In this document: in pieces, positions 18,408 to 28,778 of the stretch
Layout of the letters: every line of letters begins with the position of its first letter
Position numbering within the stretch: position 1 is the first letter of the stretch
Notes under the pieces: generated by a model
Seen by the model: the letters and a program-made list of their open reading frames with translations, nothing else
The model's database searches: none
What the model was told of the DNA's origin: nothing
Translations under genes and position numbers: made by a program
From: Ignavibacteriota bacterium
GTDB lineage: Bacteria; Bacteroidota; Ignavibacteria; Palsa-1295
Direction: 5' to 3'
Assembly (NCBI GenBank): GCA_963787835.1
Contig: CAWBEI010000003.1
Span: 416,001 to 480,000 of the forward strand
Length of the DNA stretch: 64,000 bases

Positions 18408-19347
18408 ATGCGTACTTTACGCATATTGGCCTTCCTATTATTCGCGGTTGTGCTTCATGCGCAATCCCGAGGGAAGGTTGCGATTATTGCGCCGGGTCAA
18501 TCGTCGCTCATTTCACTAATTACGGCAGATGTAATCGAACCTATCGTCGCTGATACAATCAGTACTGTCCTTCCAACTGATCTCAACCAGTACGATGCAC
18601 TGTTTATTAAGCCGTGGGAACCGTCTGACATGCTCGATAGTGCAATGCAGACAGAGCTTGTTAATTACATAGACAGCGGCGGAAAGCTCTATGTTGAGGG
18701 TTCAGAAAATGTTATTGATTCGAACAGATACCTCTAATCCATTTTGGCTGCGCGTCGGAGTAAAAGGTAATACTTATACCGCGCTCGAGTTCTCTGTTAA
18801 TTCCGTGCATGGGACGCAAGGGTTCACACAGAACATTTGGGATAGTCTTCCGCTCGATTTGTATCAAAGTGGTTATGGTGGTCCAGGGGGTAACATTACC
18901 CCAGTACTGGTGGCCGATGGGGGCGGTTGGATGATTCAACAACTGGCGTACATCTCAGAGGATACTTCTCTGAGGGTCGTCGTGTATGATGGCATAGGAG
19001 AGGAAAGTTATCCTGGCACCTATTACTCTGAATTTATCTCCGACGTCGTCTGTAACTATTTCAATCTCTGCTCTGCATCTGTGAAAACTGCACCGCTTGC
19101 TGTTACTCCGGAAAATATTTCCATCGTTCACGATTCGAGGGATAATGGGTATTCGGTTTCCGGTGATTTTACAACTGGCGGCGAAGTATCTGTTTTCAAC
19201 TCACTCGGAATTAACATTTGGAGCACAAATGTTCAAGCCGGAGAGAATGTAGTTGGATTACCTGCTACATTAAGAAATGGATTTTATTTTGTCTCTGTCC
19301 GGAGTGGAGATCACATCAACGTCGCTCGGTTTTCAATTTTAAATTAA
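18408..19347 (+). pseudogene. T9SS-secreted protein split by a +1 frameshift near 18700-18730 (or sequence error)
   Basis: ORF 18405-18737 has the signal peptide and YDALF..YIDSGGKLYVEG. Overlapping ORF 18691-19347 continues to a CTD (VFNSLG..LRNGFYFVSV). Confidence 0.7.
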
Positions 19348-19371
19348 TTCATCACTTTAAGAAATCACATC

Positions 19372-19716
19372 ATGGCAAATAACGACCAACAAACAAAAAT
19401 GAAGTGGTACCATTATGTCGCCTATTTCTTTGGCGGCGCGTTCCTCGCTAACTGCATTCCGCACCTTGTCAATGGTGTTTCGGGCAATCCGTTTCAGAGT
19501 CCGTTCGCCACTCCGCCTGGGGAGGGCCTATCGTCATCGACGATAAATGTGCTGTGGGGATTGTTGAACTTGCTGGTGGGGTATCTTCTCATCGGTCGAG
19601 TTGGCACGTTCGATCACAAGCGAACGATTCACTTCTTACTGTTCGCTGTTGGCTTTGTTCTGATGGCCGTTATGCTCGCGCACGCGTTCGGGAAGTTCCA
19701 TGGCGGACTGTTGTAG
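19372..19716 (+). CDS. Small membrane protein
   Basis: 114 aa with three hydrophobic segments and N.IPHLV.G.SG.PFQSPFA.PPG.GLSS motif. Confidence 0.75.
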   Translation: MANNDQQTKMKWYHYVAYFFGGAFLANCIPHLVNGVSGNPFQSPFATPPGEGLSSSTINVLWGLLNLLVGYLLIGRVGTFDHKRTIHFLLFAVGFVLMAVMLAHAFGKFHGGLL

Positions 19717-19725
19717 TGCCCGTTT

Positions 19726-20283
19726 TTACTTCCATTTCCCCTTCGCTTCATCCCAATTCTTAAACATCATTGACTCGATGGGCCGCGAGGAGCGTACCCG
19801 ATATTTTGCGTCCGATTTATGGCTGTAAGGAATGGCAACCTCACCTGAGGTTTCGAAATAAATAAGCTGTCCGATCGGCATTCCGGGATAAATACGAACA
19901 GGTTGGCGAACAGATATTTCGAGCGTCCACGCATTGCAAAAACCGACATCGCCCTTGCCTGCCGTGGCATGAATATCAATGCCAAGCCTTCCCACACTCG
20001 ATTTTCCTTCCAAGAATGGGACGTGCTTGTGGGTTTCGGTATATTCTTCCGTCAAACCAAGATACAGCGTGTCGGGTTTGAGTACCATCCCCTCTTCTGG
20101 AATTTCAATATACTCAACTTCATTCTGCTTTTTCGAATCAAGAACTTTATCTTTATAAACAGCAAGCGTTTTGCCAAGATGCACATCGTAGCTGTTGGTT
20201 CCCAAACATTCCGATCGGAATGGGTCGATAACGATGGAGCCATCGTTCATTGATTGCAGGATTTGTGTATCAGTGAGTATCAT
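19726..20283 (-). CDS. dcd: dCTP deaminase
   Basis: NSYDVHLG, EGKSSVGRLGI, AGKGDVGF..WTLEI, IYPGMPIGQL. Confidence 0.95.
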   Translation of the reverse strand: MILTDTQILQSMNDGSIVIDPFRSECLGTNSYDVHLGKTLAVYKDKVLDSKKQNEVEYIEIPEEGMVLKPDTLYLGLTEEYTETHKHVPFLEGKSSVGRLGIDIHATAGKGDVGFCNAWTLEISVRQPVRIYPGMPIGQLIYFETSGEVAIPYSHKSDAKYRVRSSRPIESMMFKNWDEAKGKWK

Positions 20284-23200
20284 TTCTGGTCATCCACAAC
20301 CACTAATTTATTCGCAACGCCTTGAACGGCAACGCCAGCCGCATTCGAGCCGGTGATATAATAAAGATATTCCCCACTGGGAACGGGATTTCCTGCATCG
20401 TCACGGAGATCCCACACTGCACCACCTTCGGAACCGGAAACCGTGATCTCACGAATGGGTTTCATTCGAATGGTGTAAATTCGAATGTCGGCATTAGCCG
20501 TAAGCCGAGCAAACGTTAATTGACCCACACTTTGCTTTGCAGGATTGGGATACACCATCACATTAGAAAGATCTGGCTCGACGAGAGAAATGCCTGCACA
20601 ATTCCCGGCCGTTGCCTCGAGCGGTGTGTTTGTTATGCTGGTGATATTAGTGACGCACAGGACGAATGGGACGCCAAGGGCAACAAGCTGAACGCCTTTA
20701 ACATCGATATATAGTGCATTAGGATTCGATGTGTCTCGTGAGACACCCGTCAAAGTTCCATAGGGCGATAGTGTATAATGTAAAACATCGAGCGCATCCG
20801 CACCGGGTTGTTCGTTAAAGATGACATGGATCTGAAGTCCGTTCGAACCTTGATCGAACGTCCAGCTAATAATATAGAATTGAGGAAGTATGGTATCCGG
20901 CAGCACTTGAAATGCCAAATAATGCGCGGTATCGAACGGTGAATTGTAAATATCACGCAATCCGAATGATGTAACCCGCATTCGATGAACACCAATGGAA
21001 AGCGAATTAGAAATACTCATCACAAGCGCATTATCGGAACTCATCGCGATCGCGTCCGGCTGGATGGTATCATCGACCATGATCGTTCCAGCATAGACAC
21101 GGTTGTTGCGCGGAGTCTGCGATGTTCGCACTCGAATATTCTGAGACAGCGCAGATGCACTCACCAAGTGCGGCATAGGATGAACCACTGCCTCGATGCC
21201 ATACGCAGGCTGGCTATTCGGGATAGAATAAGACGAAGAGAATGCAAACACCGAGTAGATCAAAGTATCGCCATTCGCCACTGTAGAATCGGAGTAGTTG
21301 GTTGATGTGGTGGAATCGATAAGCGTGTAATTCAGATCGTGCAGGCCGGCGCGAAGAATGTAATATTCGGTCGCATTCTGCAGCGGCGCCCATTCTATAT
21401 CTACTCGGTTCGTGTCGCGAGGTGCAACCACGAGTCCGGCAGGCGCAGGAGTTTGCTCCGTATAGGAATCGTTGTGTTCAAAGAAACGAATGGAATCTCC
21501 AGTCATAAAACCGAACTCCCGCTTGCCATTGCGGTCGAAATCCCAGGAGATCGCGCCGCGCGGGCTTTGCGAGACTGGATAGTTCCAGATCGGCATCATT
21601 CGTTTTGCACTCGAATCGAATTCCAGCAAATAGAAATTAGGAAAGAAGGTCACGGCAAGATCGTCCACCGAACGCCCCGTAACATTCGTTATTCTCCCGA
21701 TCGAAGCATCGGCGCTCGTCAGATAAAAATGATCGTTCTGATTGGAACCATAAAAATGGTCGATACTCATAGTATCGAATTTCATATTACCCAAATTGCG
21801 TAGCACAACAAGCGTCCAATAGGCAGGATGATATTCATCGAGCGTATCCTGCTCGAAAATGGGATGATAGGCGTAGGCAATATCGGGCTTGCCATCTCCG
21901 TTGAAATCACCGACCGTAAGAAGTGTCCCGCTGGATGCGCCGGAATTGGGATTGGTATAGACGGCCTTGAACCCGGAGGGAGAGGAAGCATCGCGCTCAT
22001 AAATGATTAGATTTGCTGCATCATCGAGTACGACGAGATCTTGCACGCCGGTTCCAAGAAGATCGGCGCCCTTCACGTTCGCCCATGTGATATTATTATT
22101 CGGGCTATAATAATTCGGTTTTGAAGGATCAATGTCCGTTCCCAAAACAGAATATCGCCCGTTGCTATATTGGTAAGCCATCCACTCGCTATCGATCGCG
22201 CCAACGATGTCCTGCTTACCGGCCACGTCGAGCGAAGCGAACGTACTGCCAAATAGCGTATCATTCTCAAAGACCAAATTTCCAAGGATCGAATGCTGGG
22301 CGTTCTGCTTATAGATCCGCGTTGTTCCGCATAATTGCCCATAATGCCATTTGCAATTGTCTAAACTCTGTACGAGAAGTTCTGGATGACCGTCACCCTG
22401 TGAATTACCAATAGCTTGCGGCGTGGATGGATCGGAGACAGAATCGACAGCCTTGAATGCCATTTTTGCGCTATCGAATTGAAACACGGTCAGCAAGCCA
22501 CTCGAATAAGGATTTTCGATAATCTGATCACCGGCGGGAATAGAGAGAACGGAATCGAGCGCAAATCCCGGCGGAAGTGTGTAGGACTTTTCAATAAAGC
22601 CGCCTTGTGGATATTGTGCAACGGCTTCATTGGGAATCATCCCGACCGTATCGAATTTCGTGGTATCGCCATTCGGCGTAACAAGCATCGCCTCGATCAC
22701 AAGTGGGACGCCAACGTGTGCCTGCTCGCGTTGGATGAGAATTGCATGTTCGAATCCAACGAGATCGTCGGCAATGATGGATGGATTGGCTCCCGCCGTA
22801 GAATATTTCACGTCGAGCTGCGCTGGAATGTTGGTCGTCGCCTGAACGATTAATCCTCGTTCGGTATTCACCCAGATAGAATCAATGCTAAACGAAACGA
22901 ATTTTGGGAGAGCTTTCGTCATATAGATATTGCACCGCTCCTGCGTGCTTCGGTTATCGCTGGAACCCACGGCGAATATAATGGTGTATGTTCCGGTATC
23001 GAAGCCATGCGTATCTAATGATCCAAGCGTACCGTTTAGAACCTGCGCGTTGCTCGTGTCGAATTCTGCGTTAACGATACTATCGTAGGGAATTTCCATC
23101 TGCACATAATTGCCGTATTGATCGTAACCGTATCCGAGGCTATCCTTCCAATAATCTTTCTCCCACGAGAGTGAGTAGCCAGTAAATAGCGTGGAGATTG

Positions 23201-24764
23201 CATCGCCCGTGATGTTCACCGTATCGCCGATATGGAATTCATCCAACGTATGCGGCGTAACCATTTTGATCTGTGCTGTGCCCGGATAGTTAAGCGCAGC
23301 ATTGGCATCGACCTGCCCATTTGCGCTATGTATGCGATCTCCAACATGAGTTGTCGTCGATTCTATGATAGAACGGAGTTGAATTGGCGTGAGGTTTGGA
23401 TTCTTAGAAAGCAGCAACGCTGCAATTCCGGCTGCGATCGGGGAACTTGCGCTGGTGCCGGAAACAGAATCGTATCCGCCCCCAAGCTTCGTAGTATAAA
23501 CATCCTGTCCGGGCGCAACGACATCCAGTTCTTCGCCGTGTGTGGTGTAAATATACAATCCTTGCGGCGCAGTCCCCCCCACAGAAACGACTTCATCGAA
23601 ATCGGAAGGATAGTTCGGACCCGTCGAGCCATCGTTACCACTGGAGCCGAACACGGTCACGCCTTTTGAGATCGCGTAGCGAATGGCATCACGCTGCAGC
23701 AGCGAGGGAATGATATCGCCAAAGGAAAGGCTCAGAATTTGAACATGATTATCGGCTGCATAGATAATGGCCGTTGCAATATCATCATCGGAACCTGTGC
23801 CATTGGCATCGAATGCGCGGAGCGCAACCAGCTTGCATTTCGGGGCAATACCACTAATACCAATACCATTATTTTGCTGTGCGGCGAGAATGCCCGCCAT
23901 TGCAGTTCCGTGACCGTGCAGGTCGTATGGAATTGGGCCGCGTGTTGATACATCCCCGATCCCGATCTCTTCCTGATTGACAAAATTGTAGCCTATGACA
24001 TCGTTCGCGTAACCGTTCCCATCGTGATCCTTGCCATCGATGTCGCCATACACCGTATCACCACGCGCATTCACACCGAGCGAATCCGATGCCCATGCTT
24101 CGAACAGGCCATCGTGATTAATATCCTCTGCAGGATTGACCGCAAATTGAAATTTGAGATCGGGATGAAGCCAATCCACGCCGGTATCGACAAAACCGAT
24201 ATGAATGGTGCTATCGCCTTCTGTAACCTGCCATGTTTCTGGCGCATGAACACTTTGCAGCCACCACTCCAGGTCGAAGTTCGGATCGTTCGGAGATATT
24301 TGACCTTTCAACACTTTCTCCATGCTGGAGTATAAACCCCCTCGCACAGCAGTGCAAGCGGATTTAGGGGTTGGTGGTCCCCGTTGAATATGATAATGGT
24401 AGTTCGGCTCCGCATACTCGATGTTACTCACGCCTGAAAGAGAGCGAACAGCATCAGCAACCGTCATTCCTTCGCGCACCGGAATTTTAATGATGCGATC
24501 CAGCCCAACGGTATCGTTGCTGACGGCTTGAACAGAAAACTGTGGCGTTGGCCGTGTAAACACGGGACGCATAACCTCGATGGTGGAGCTGACAGCCTGA
24601 AGTTTTGCGAGCGTTGCCGCATCGCTCATCGCTGCACGTGTGCGAAATTTTACAATGATGCTGCGAACAGTGGAATCGACGGCAGATCGGGCAATCGGCT
24701 TTACAGAAGGTTGGGCAAAGCCCGTGCCAGCAAATAGTAAGAAGAAAAGCACCCGCTTGAACAT
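20280..24764 (-). CDS. Large S8 subtilisin-family peptidase with FG-GAP-like repeats, FN3-like domain and T9SS/FlgD-like CTD
   Basis: Triad motifs VDTG, HGT, GTSASSP; SSGND; GDFNGDGKPD; YPNP..WDLRDDAG.PVPSGEYLY. ATG 24764 precedes the signal peptide. Confidence 0.9.
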   Translation of the reverse strand: MFKRVLFFLLFAGTGFAQPSVKPIARSAVDSTVRSIIVKFRTRAAMSDAATLAKLQAVSSTIEVMRPVFTRPTPQFSVQAVSNDTVGLDRIIKIPVREGMTVADAVRSLSGVSNIEYAEPNYHYHIQRGPPTPKSACTAVRGGLYSSMEKVLKGQISPNDPNFDLEWWLQSVHAPETWQVTEGDSTIHIGFVDTGVDWLHPDLKFQFAVNPAEDINHDGLFEAWASDSLGVNARGDTVYGDIDGKDHDGNGYANDVIGYNFVNQEEIGIGDVSTRGPIPYDLHGHGTAMAGILAAQQNNGIGISGIAPKCKLVALRAFDANGTGSDDDIATAIIYAADNHVQILSLSFGDIIPSLLQRDAIRYAISKGVTVFGSSGNDGSTGPNYPSDFDEVVSVGGTAPQGLYIYTTHGEELDVVAPGQDVYTTKLGGGYDSVSGTSASSPIAAGIAALLLSKNPNLTPIQLRSIIESTTTHVGDRIHSANGQVDANAALNYPGTAQIKMVTPHTLDEFHIGDTVNITGDAISTLFTGYSLSWEKDYWKDSLGYGYDQYGNYVQMEIPYDSIVNAEFDTSNAQVLNGTLGSLDTHGFDTGTYTIIFAVGSSDNRSTQERCNIYMTKALPKFVSFSIDSIWVNTERGLIVQATTNIPAQLDVKYSTAGANPSIIADDLVGFEHAILIQREQAHVGVPLVIEAMLVTPNGDTTKFDTVGMIPNEAVAQYPQGGFIEKSYTLPPGFALDSVLSIPAGDQIIENPYSSGLLTVFQFDSAKMAFKAVDSVSDPSTPQAIGNSQGDGHPELLVQSLDNCKWHYGQLCGTTRIYKQNAQHSILGNLVFENDTLFGSTFASLDVAGKQDIVGAIDSEWMAYQYSNGRYSVLGTDIDPSKPNYYSPNNNITWANVKGADLLGTGVQDLVVLDDAANLIIYERDASSPSGFKAVYTNPNSGASSGTLLTVGDFNGDGKPDIAYAYHPIFEQDTLDEYHPAYWTLVVLRNLGNMKFDTMSIDHFYGSNQNDHFYLTSADASIGRITNVTGRSVDDLAVTFFPNFYLLEFDSSAKRMMPIWNYPVSQSPRGAISWDFDRNGKREFGFMTGDSIRFFEHNDSYTEQTPAPAGLVVAPRDTNRVDIEWAPLQNATEYYILRAGLHDLNYTLIDSTTSTNYSDSTVANGDTLIYSVFAFSSSYSIPNSQPAYGIEAVVHPMPHLVSASALSQNIRVRTSQTPRNNRVYAGTIMVDDTIQPDAIAMSSDNALVMSISNSLSIGVHRMRVTSFGLRDIYNSPFDTAHYLAFQVLPDTILPQFYIISWTFDQGSNGLQIHVIFNEQPGADALDVLHYTLSPYGTLTGVSRDTSNPNALYIDVKGVQLVALGVPFVLCVTNITSITNTPLEATAGNCAGISLVEPDLSNVMVYPNPAKQSVGQLTFARLTANADIRIYTIRMKPIREITVSGSEGGAVWDLRDDAGNPVPSGEYLYYITGSNAAGVAVQGVANKLVVVDDQK

Positions 24765-24827
24765 CGTAGCTTTAACGGATGCTTTGCGCGTGGGGTTCAA
24801 GCGGATAGGGTAATTCTGAGTGACCTT

Positions 24828-24861
24828 GTGTAGCATCGGGAATATATTCCCGATGCTACAC
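24828..24861. repeat. Perfect 34-bp palindrome, GTAG-type REP-like
   Basis: GTGTAGCATCGGGAATATATTCCCGATGCTACAC just downstream of purF. Confidence 0.85.
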
Positions 24862-24874
24862 TGCGCGGGCTATT

Positions 24875-26470
24875 TCAATCGTCGTTCTCTTGCGTCTCAT
24901 CATCGAAGGGAACGGGGTAATCACCGGTGAAACAGGCCGTGCAATAACCGATCTCTTTTCCGGCTTTGTCTTTATGCGGGACGCTTTCAAGCAATTTCTT
25001 TACTGTGAGATATTTCAGTGAATCGACTCCTAAGTATTTACCAATTTCTTCTTCATTCTCATGATGATTTGCGATCAGTTCTCCCTTACTGGGGAAATCC
25101 ATACCATATTTGCAGGGATGAGTGATCGGAGGCGCAGTAATTCGTAAATGTATTTCACGCGGGCCGGCCTCACGAATAAGATTGATGAGCGCTTTTGAAG
25201 TAGTGCCACGAACAATGGAATCATCGACCACGACGACCTTTTTATCTTTCAGCACCCCTTTTACCGTATTGAATTTCACTTTCACTTTCATCTCTCGCCG
25301 GTCTTGACCCGGCTGAATGAAGGTGCGGCCCACATAGTGCGAGCGAATAAGGCCGATCTGATATTTCGTCTGGTTCCCAAGCTTTTGGTTCTGGCTGGCG
25401 TAGCCAAGAGTCGCAGTGTTCGAGGAATCCGGCACATTAATAACCGTCACTCTGCGGCCAGGGTCGTGCTCGACCGGTGATTCGATCGCAAGCGTTTTTC
25501 CAAGCTTGCGGCGAACCCTATCAACATTCTCTTCAAAGACTTTCGAGTCGGGCCTTGCGAAGTAAATATATTCGAAAATGCAATGAGTCGGTGTAGGCGC
25601 GTGCTCGAGTATGCGAGTCGACTGCACTTCGCCGGTCTTTACGGTATGCTCATCGATGATAAGTATTTCGTTCGGTTGGACATCCCGGATATATTCGGCG
25701 CCAACAATATCGAAAGCGCACGTTTCGGAGGCAACCATATAGGCCCATGCGCCATCCGGCCGTTTGAGGCGGCCAAATGCCAGGGGCCGAATACCATGAG
25801 GATCTCGCACGGCAACCAGCGAAGTATCCGTCAGCATGGCGAGCGAATAGGCTCCGCGTGCTTGCTGAAGCGCATCACGGATCTGATCAACCTGCGTTTC
25901 CTTGTGGGAGCGCGCGATTAAGTGCAGGATCAGTTCACTATCGGTCGAGGTTTGGAAGATCGTTCCTTGCGAGGCGAGTTCATCGCGCAAGGCATGGGTA
26001 TTTGTTAGATTCCCATTGTGCGAGAGCCCGAAATTCCCCATGCGATAATGCATGATGAAGGGCTGTATGTTTTCGATCTTCCCGCTGGCACCGGTGGTGG
26101 AATAACGATTGTGAGCCAAGGCGGAATCACCAATAAGAACTTCTGACAAGATCTTGTCATCCTTGAAGACATCGAGGACAAGCCCATTATCCTTATGGAT
26201 GCGAAATTTTCGTTTCGGCCCCCTGGGCGTTTCCTCTGTGAATGCAGAAAGAATCCCTCCCGCTTCCTGGCCTCGATGCTGCAACGCATGGAGCGCGTAA
26301 TATGCAATGACGCTCGCTTCCGGATGATTATAGACCCCGACCACGCCACAATTACTTTCCGGCTTATCGATGAACCGGTTCGCATTCCCGTGACCGGAAA
26401 TGCTTAAGATAGGTAACTCAATATCCTCAGGAGCGCTGAGAGGGATGGTGGGCGAAGTGTAGTTCTGCAT
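24875..26470 (-). CDS. purF: Amidophosphoribosyltransferase
   Basis: CGVVG nucleophile, LQHRGQE, HNRYSTTG, HNGNLTN, CIFEYIYFARPDS, VDDSIVRGTT, CTACFTG. Confidence 0.98.
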   Translation of the reverse strand: MQNYTSPTIPLSAPEDIELPILSISGHGNANRFIDKPESNCGVVGVYNHPEASVIAYYALHALQHRGQEAGGILSAFTEETPRGPKRKFRIHKDNGLVLDVFKDDKILSEVLIGDSALAHNRYSTTGASGKIENIQPFIMHYRMGNFGLSHNGNLTNTHALRDELASQGTIFQTSTDSELILHLIARSHKETQVDQIRDALQQARGAYSLAMLTDTSLVAVRDPHGIRPLAFGRLKRPDGAWAYMVASETCAFDIVGAEYIRDVQPNEILIIDEHTVKTGEVQSTRILEHAPTPTHCIFEYIYFARPDSKVFEENVDRVRRKLGKTLAIESPVEHDPGRRVTVINVPDSSNTATLGYASQNQKLGNQTKYQIGLIRSHYVGRTFIQPGQDRREMKVKVKFNTVKGVLKDKKVVVVDDSIVRGTTSKALINLIREAGPREIHLRITAPPITHPCKYGMDFPSKGELIANHHENEEEIGKYLGVDSLKYLTVKKLLESVPHKDKAGKEIGYCTACFTGDYPVPFDDETQENDD

Positions 26471-26544
26471 TTGCGTGAGGCAGAACAGCATTCTTTCAAT
26501 GAGAATTTCCTTCGTGAATGAAAGATCGAAATTGGACCGGCCTG

Positions 26545-27435
26545 CTATTCTTTTCTGACGCGGTCGATCAGGTATTGATCGAACCCCGCTTCCTTCATTT
26601 TTTCATCCGAGGCTGCGGCGTGATGAATGAGATGCAGCAGTTCGGTCGTCATTCCCATGCTGCTGTATCCGCCATCGTGAAACAGGTTCTGCATGGTAAC
26701 TTTTCTTGTGAGATCGCTGAGCAGGGTCACGACGTAATCCGCGCATTCCTCTGCCGTTGGGTTGCCGAGCGGTGAAAGAAGATTGGCAAATTCGTAGATC
26801 TTATCGAAATCAACGATGCCGGAGCCGGCGCGAGTGGGCGTTGGGCTTTGGCTGACGGTATTCACACGTATCTTTTTCTTACCAAGCCGCGCGCCAAAAC
26901 TGCGAGTGATGGATTCCAGCAGGGCTTTCGCATCGGCCATATCGGCATACGTCGTAAAGGTGCGTTGCGCCGCGATGTAGCTGAGCGACAGAATACTCGC
27001 CCCATCGGCAAGCGCATCCATCGCGAGAGCGCCATGAATGAGCCTGTGAAGCGATAGCCCACTGACATCCAGTGTTTTCAGGAACCAATCGTAGTTGGCT
27101 TTTTCATATTTCAATCCCTTGCGAATGTTTTGCGATATTCCGACGGAATGAACAAAAAAATCGAGCGAGCCGAGCTTCTCTTTCGCTTCCGCAAAACAGG
27201 CTTCGACTTCCTTGCTATTCGAGACATCGCATTGGATGAGCGGTGCGTCACCGAGAATCTTCGCAAGCTCCGCCGGTTTACCGACGCGCAGAGCAACCGC
27301 TACATTACTAACAGCAAGCCTTGCTCCCTCCCGATGAGCCGCAAGTGCAATTTGCCATCCGAGGCTCGTTTCGTCTAATGGACCGAAAACGATTCCCTTT
27401 TTACCCTTCAGTAATCCGTAAGATCTTTCTGCCAT
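26545..27435 (-). CDS. fabI: Enoyl-ACP reductase
   Basis: GLLKGKKGIVFG, YADMADAK (Y-x6-K), RVNTVSQSPT, KVTMQNLFHDGG as in Bacteroidota FabI. Confidence 0.9.
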   Translation of the reverse strand: MAERSYGLLKGKKGIVFGPLDETSLGWQIALAAHREGARLAVSNVAVALRVGKPAELAKILGDAPLIQCDVSNSKEVEACFAEAKEKLGSLDFFVHSVGISQNIRKGLKYEKANYDWFLKTLDVSGLSLHRLIHGALAMDALADGASILSLSYIAAQRTFTTYADMADAKALLESITRSFGARLGKKKIRVNTVSQSPTPTRAGSGIVDFDKIYEFANLLSPLGNPTAEECADYVVTLLSDLTRKVTMQNLFHDGGYSSMGMTTELLHLIHHAAASDEKMKEAGFDQYLIDRVRKE

Positions 27436-27465
27436 GTTGCTTTAAACAGATATTCGATTGGAGAG

Positions 27466-28728
27466 TTACAATACGAACGGCGTTTGCAACCCAAATTCGT
27501 GAAAAACCAGCCCAGTGAGCAGTTTCGGATAAAAAAAGGTGGTCTTTTGCGGCATGAACTCACCCCGCTCCACGACGGCCTGGAGTTCGCTGGGGCGAAC
27601 TTCCCTTAGCAAGAACGCAGCATCCCAGGCTTGCTCCTCTTCAAACTCATCGAGTTCGCGGAGGGTATGAGGATAGAGCAGGTTGACGCGCTCGTCGATC
27701 GCTTTCCTTGAAATGCCCAGCATGGGCATAAATACTTCCTCTTCCAACCGCTCTGCTGCCGGTTTGACAAAATCTCGTTCTCGTAAACGAATATCTCGAA
27801 CTAACACCCACTTAGGATCCTCCGCAAATTCGATGAGTGTCAATGCGGCATTATCTCGTTCTAATTCCACCACACCCTCTTCGCGACTTGTGAAGGTCAG
27901 TAGTTCGAACCGCTCTCGCAAGCGATCTAATAAACGATATTGATTGAATTCCGAGACATCGTGAAGCAGCCGGTGTGTTGGTAAAATAACGGTTCCCTCC
28001 GACTGTAAATTGGAAAGGAACATCATAATATGATCGCCACCGGCCACATCAGGATGCTTCTTATGAAATTCGACCGCCGTTTCATAGCGATGGTGGCCAT
28101 CCGCAATGATAACCGTAAGCGGCCTCACTACTTTAGCGATCCTCATCATACCATCCTCCTCTTGCAATCGCCACAGCAAATGTCGTACGCTCTCGCCACT
28201 TGGAAGTGCCTCTTCGACATCCGCGATGGGTGAATGCACCGTTGCCATATCCAGCGATTGGTCGAACAGAAAACTGGGATCGGATATTAGCCCGAAGATC
28301 GGTGAGAAATTCGCATGGGTGTGCTCCATCAGTTCCAGCCTGTCCTTCTTGGGCCAGTCATGAGTGCGTTCGTGAGGAATTACCTCTTTTGCGGCGTATG
28401 CACTGAGCTTCAACCGTCCTATCACTCCGGATCGAGTCACCTGGCCGCCATCAGGTTTCTTGAATACCTGATGATATACATAAAAGGCATCCCAATCGTC
28501 CGTCTTTAAGATTCCCTCCTGCTTCCAGTGTTTGAAATATCGCGCGGCGCTCTCGTATGGATCGGAGTCACGGCTCCATTCAAGTCGAATGACATTGTGT
28601 GGATCACGCGCATACAAACGGTCGCGGTAATCTCGAGAAATGACATCGTATGGCGGGGAAGTTACATTTTCGATCTGCACCTTTGAGGTGTTATATCGAG
28701 TGCCTTTAAACGGGAGGAATTCCGGCAT
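27466..28728 (-). CDS. DUF1015 family protein
   Basis: PPYDVI, PHERT, IADGHHRYE, MPQKTTFFYPKL. Confidence 0.92.
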   Translation of the reverse strand: MPEFLPFKGTRYNTSKVQIENVTSPPYDVISRDYRDRLYARDPHNVIRLEWSRDSDPYESAARYFKHWKQEGILKTDDWDAFYVYHQVFKKPDGGQVTRSGVIGRLKLSAYAAKEVIPHERTHDWPKKDRLELMEHTHANFSPIFGLISDPSFLFDQSLDMATVHSPIADVEEALPSGESVRHLLWRLQEEDGMMRIAKVVRPLTVIIADGHHRYETAVEFHKKHPDVAGGDHIMMFLSNLQSEGTVILPTHRLLHDVSEFNQYRLLDRLRERFELLTFTSREEGVVELERDNAALTLIEFAEDPKWVLVRDIRLRERDFVKPAAERLEEEVFMPMLGISRKAIDERVNLLYPHTLRELDEFEEEQAWDAAFLLREVRPSELQAVVERGEFMPQKTTFFYPKLLTGLVFHEFGLQTPFVL

Positions 28729-28778
28729 GGACTGAGATTCGTATGATTTTTAGGGAGATCTTTAAGATGGGTTGATTT

